A stretch of DNA of 64,000 nt from contig OX597814.1 of NCBI GenBank assembly GCA_951406725.2, positions 150,164,001-150,228,000 of the forward strand, given 5' to 3'. Under the pieces are notes generated by a model, which had not been told where the DNA came from, searched no databases, and worked only from the letters and a program-made list of their open reading frames with translations. Position 1 is the first letter of the stretch. Every line of letters begins with the position of its first letter. Below, in pieces: positions 63,596-64,000 of this stretch. Source of the DNA: Octopus vulgaris (taxonomy: Eukaryota). The position numbers and the translations under genes are program-made.

Positions 63596-64000
63596 TATAT
63601 GAATGTGCGTGTGTGTGTGTGTGTGTGTGTATGTGTTATATAATGTTAAAATATGTTAGTTAAACGCAAACGCACATCAATAACTGTGTGTACGTGTGTC
63701 TGTCTGTAAAAGTTAAAAACATACATTTATTTGTCTTGTAATCACTCAGATGCACGCGCGCACACACATGTTTGCAAAAAAAAAAAAAACGTTGATAGTG
63801 ACTTCTAAGAACGATGTTAAGATGTTGTTAAATCTAAAACACACACACAAAAAAAAAAGCCCTCTCTCTTCTCTCTCTGTATGCGTGTGCGCATTTACTT
63901 AATGTTAGATAAACTCATACGCAAACATGTACAATCACATCGTGCTGCTTGCGTTTAACAATCGCATCTTCACATGATTTTTATCATGCGTATGGGTATA

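Overview
AT-rich, microsatellite-saturated eukaryotic DNA with one 100-N gap (32308-32407). The SINE types and an expanded 18S V4 suggest an octopus or other coleoid cephalopod (inference). Nearly all ORFs in the supplied track are microsatellite or repeat artefacts. Host coding sequence I can support: the last two coding exons of a MINDY4/FAM188B-like deubiquitinase (+, 2224-2299 and 5751-5799) and one weak candidate terminal exon (-, 25837-25931). The rest is mobile DNA: several tRNA-headed SINE families (my labels A-E), Tx1/L1-like, CR1/L2-like and R4-like LINE remnants, Penelope-like elements (PLEs) with GIY-YIG domains and hammerhead ribozymes, DD41D, DD37D and mariner transposon relics, hAT and piggyBac MITEs, a tandem Helitron, and an 18S rRNA fragment between inverted repeats. 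The most interesting structure is an apparent LINE/SINE self-targeting system. A Tx1-like LINE sits inside the head of SINE family B with a 17-bp target-site duplication (TSD). Young B copies carry a 3' tail shared with the Tx1-like LINEs. The B tandem arrays are joined at that same 17-bp site and at one second fixed site, which suggests the SINE uses a SINE-targeting LINE to insert into itself. All assignments were made by eye from motifs; no database searches were run.
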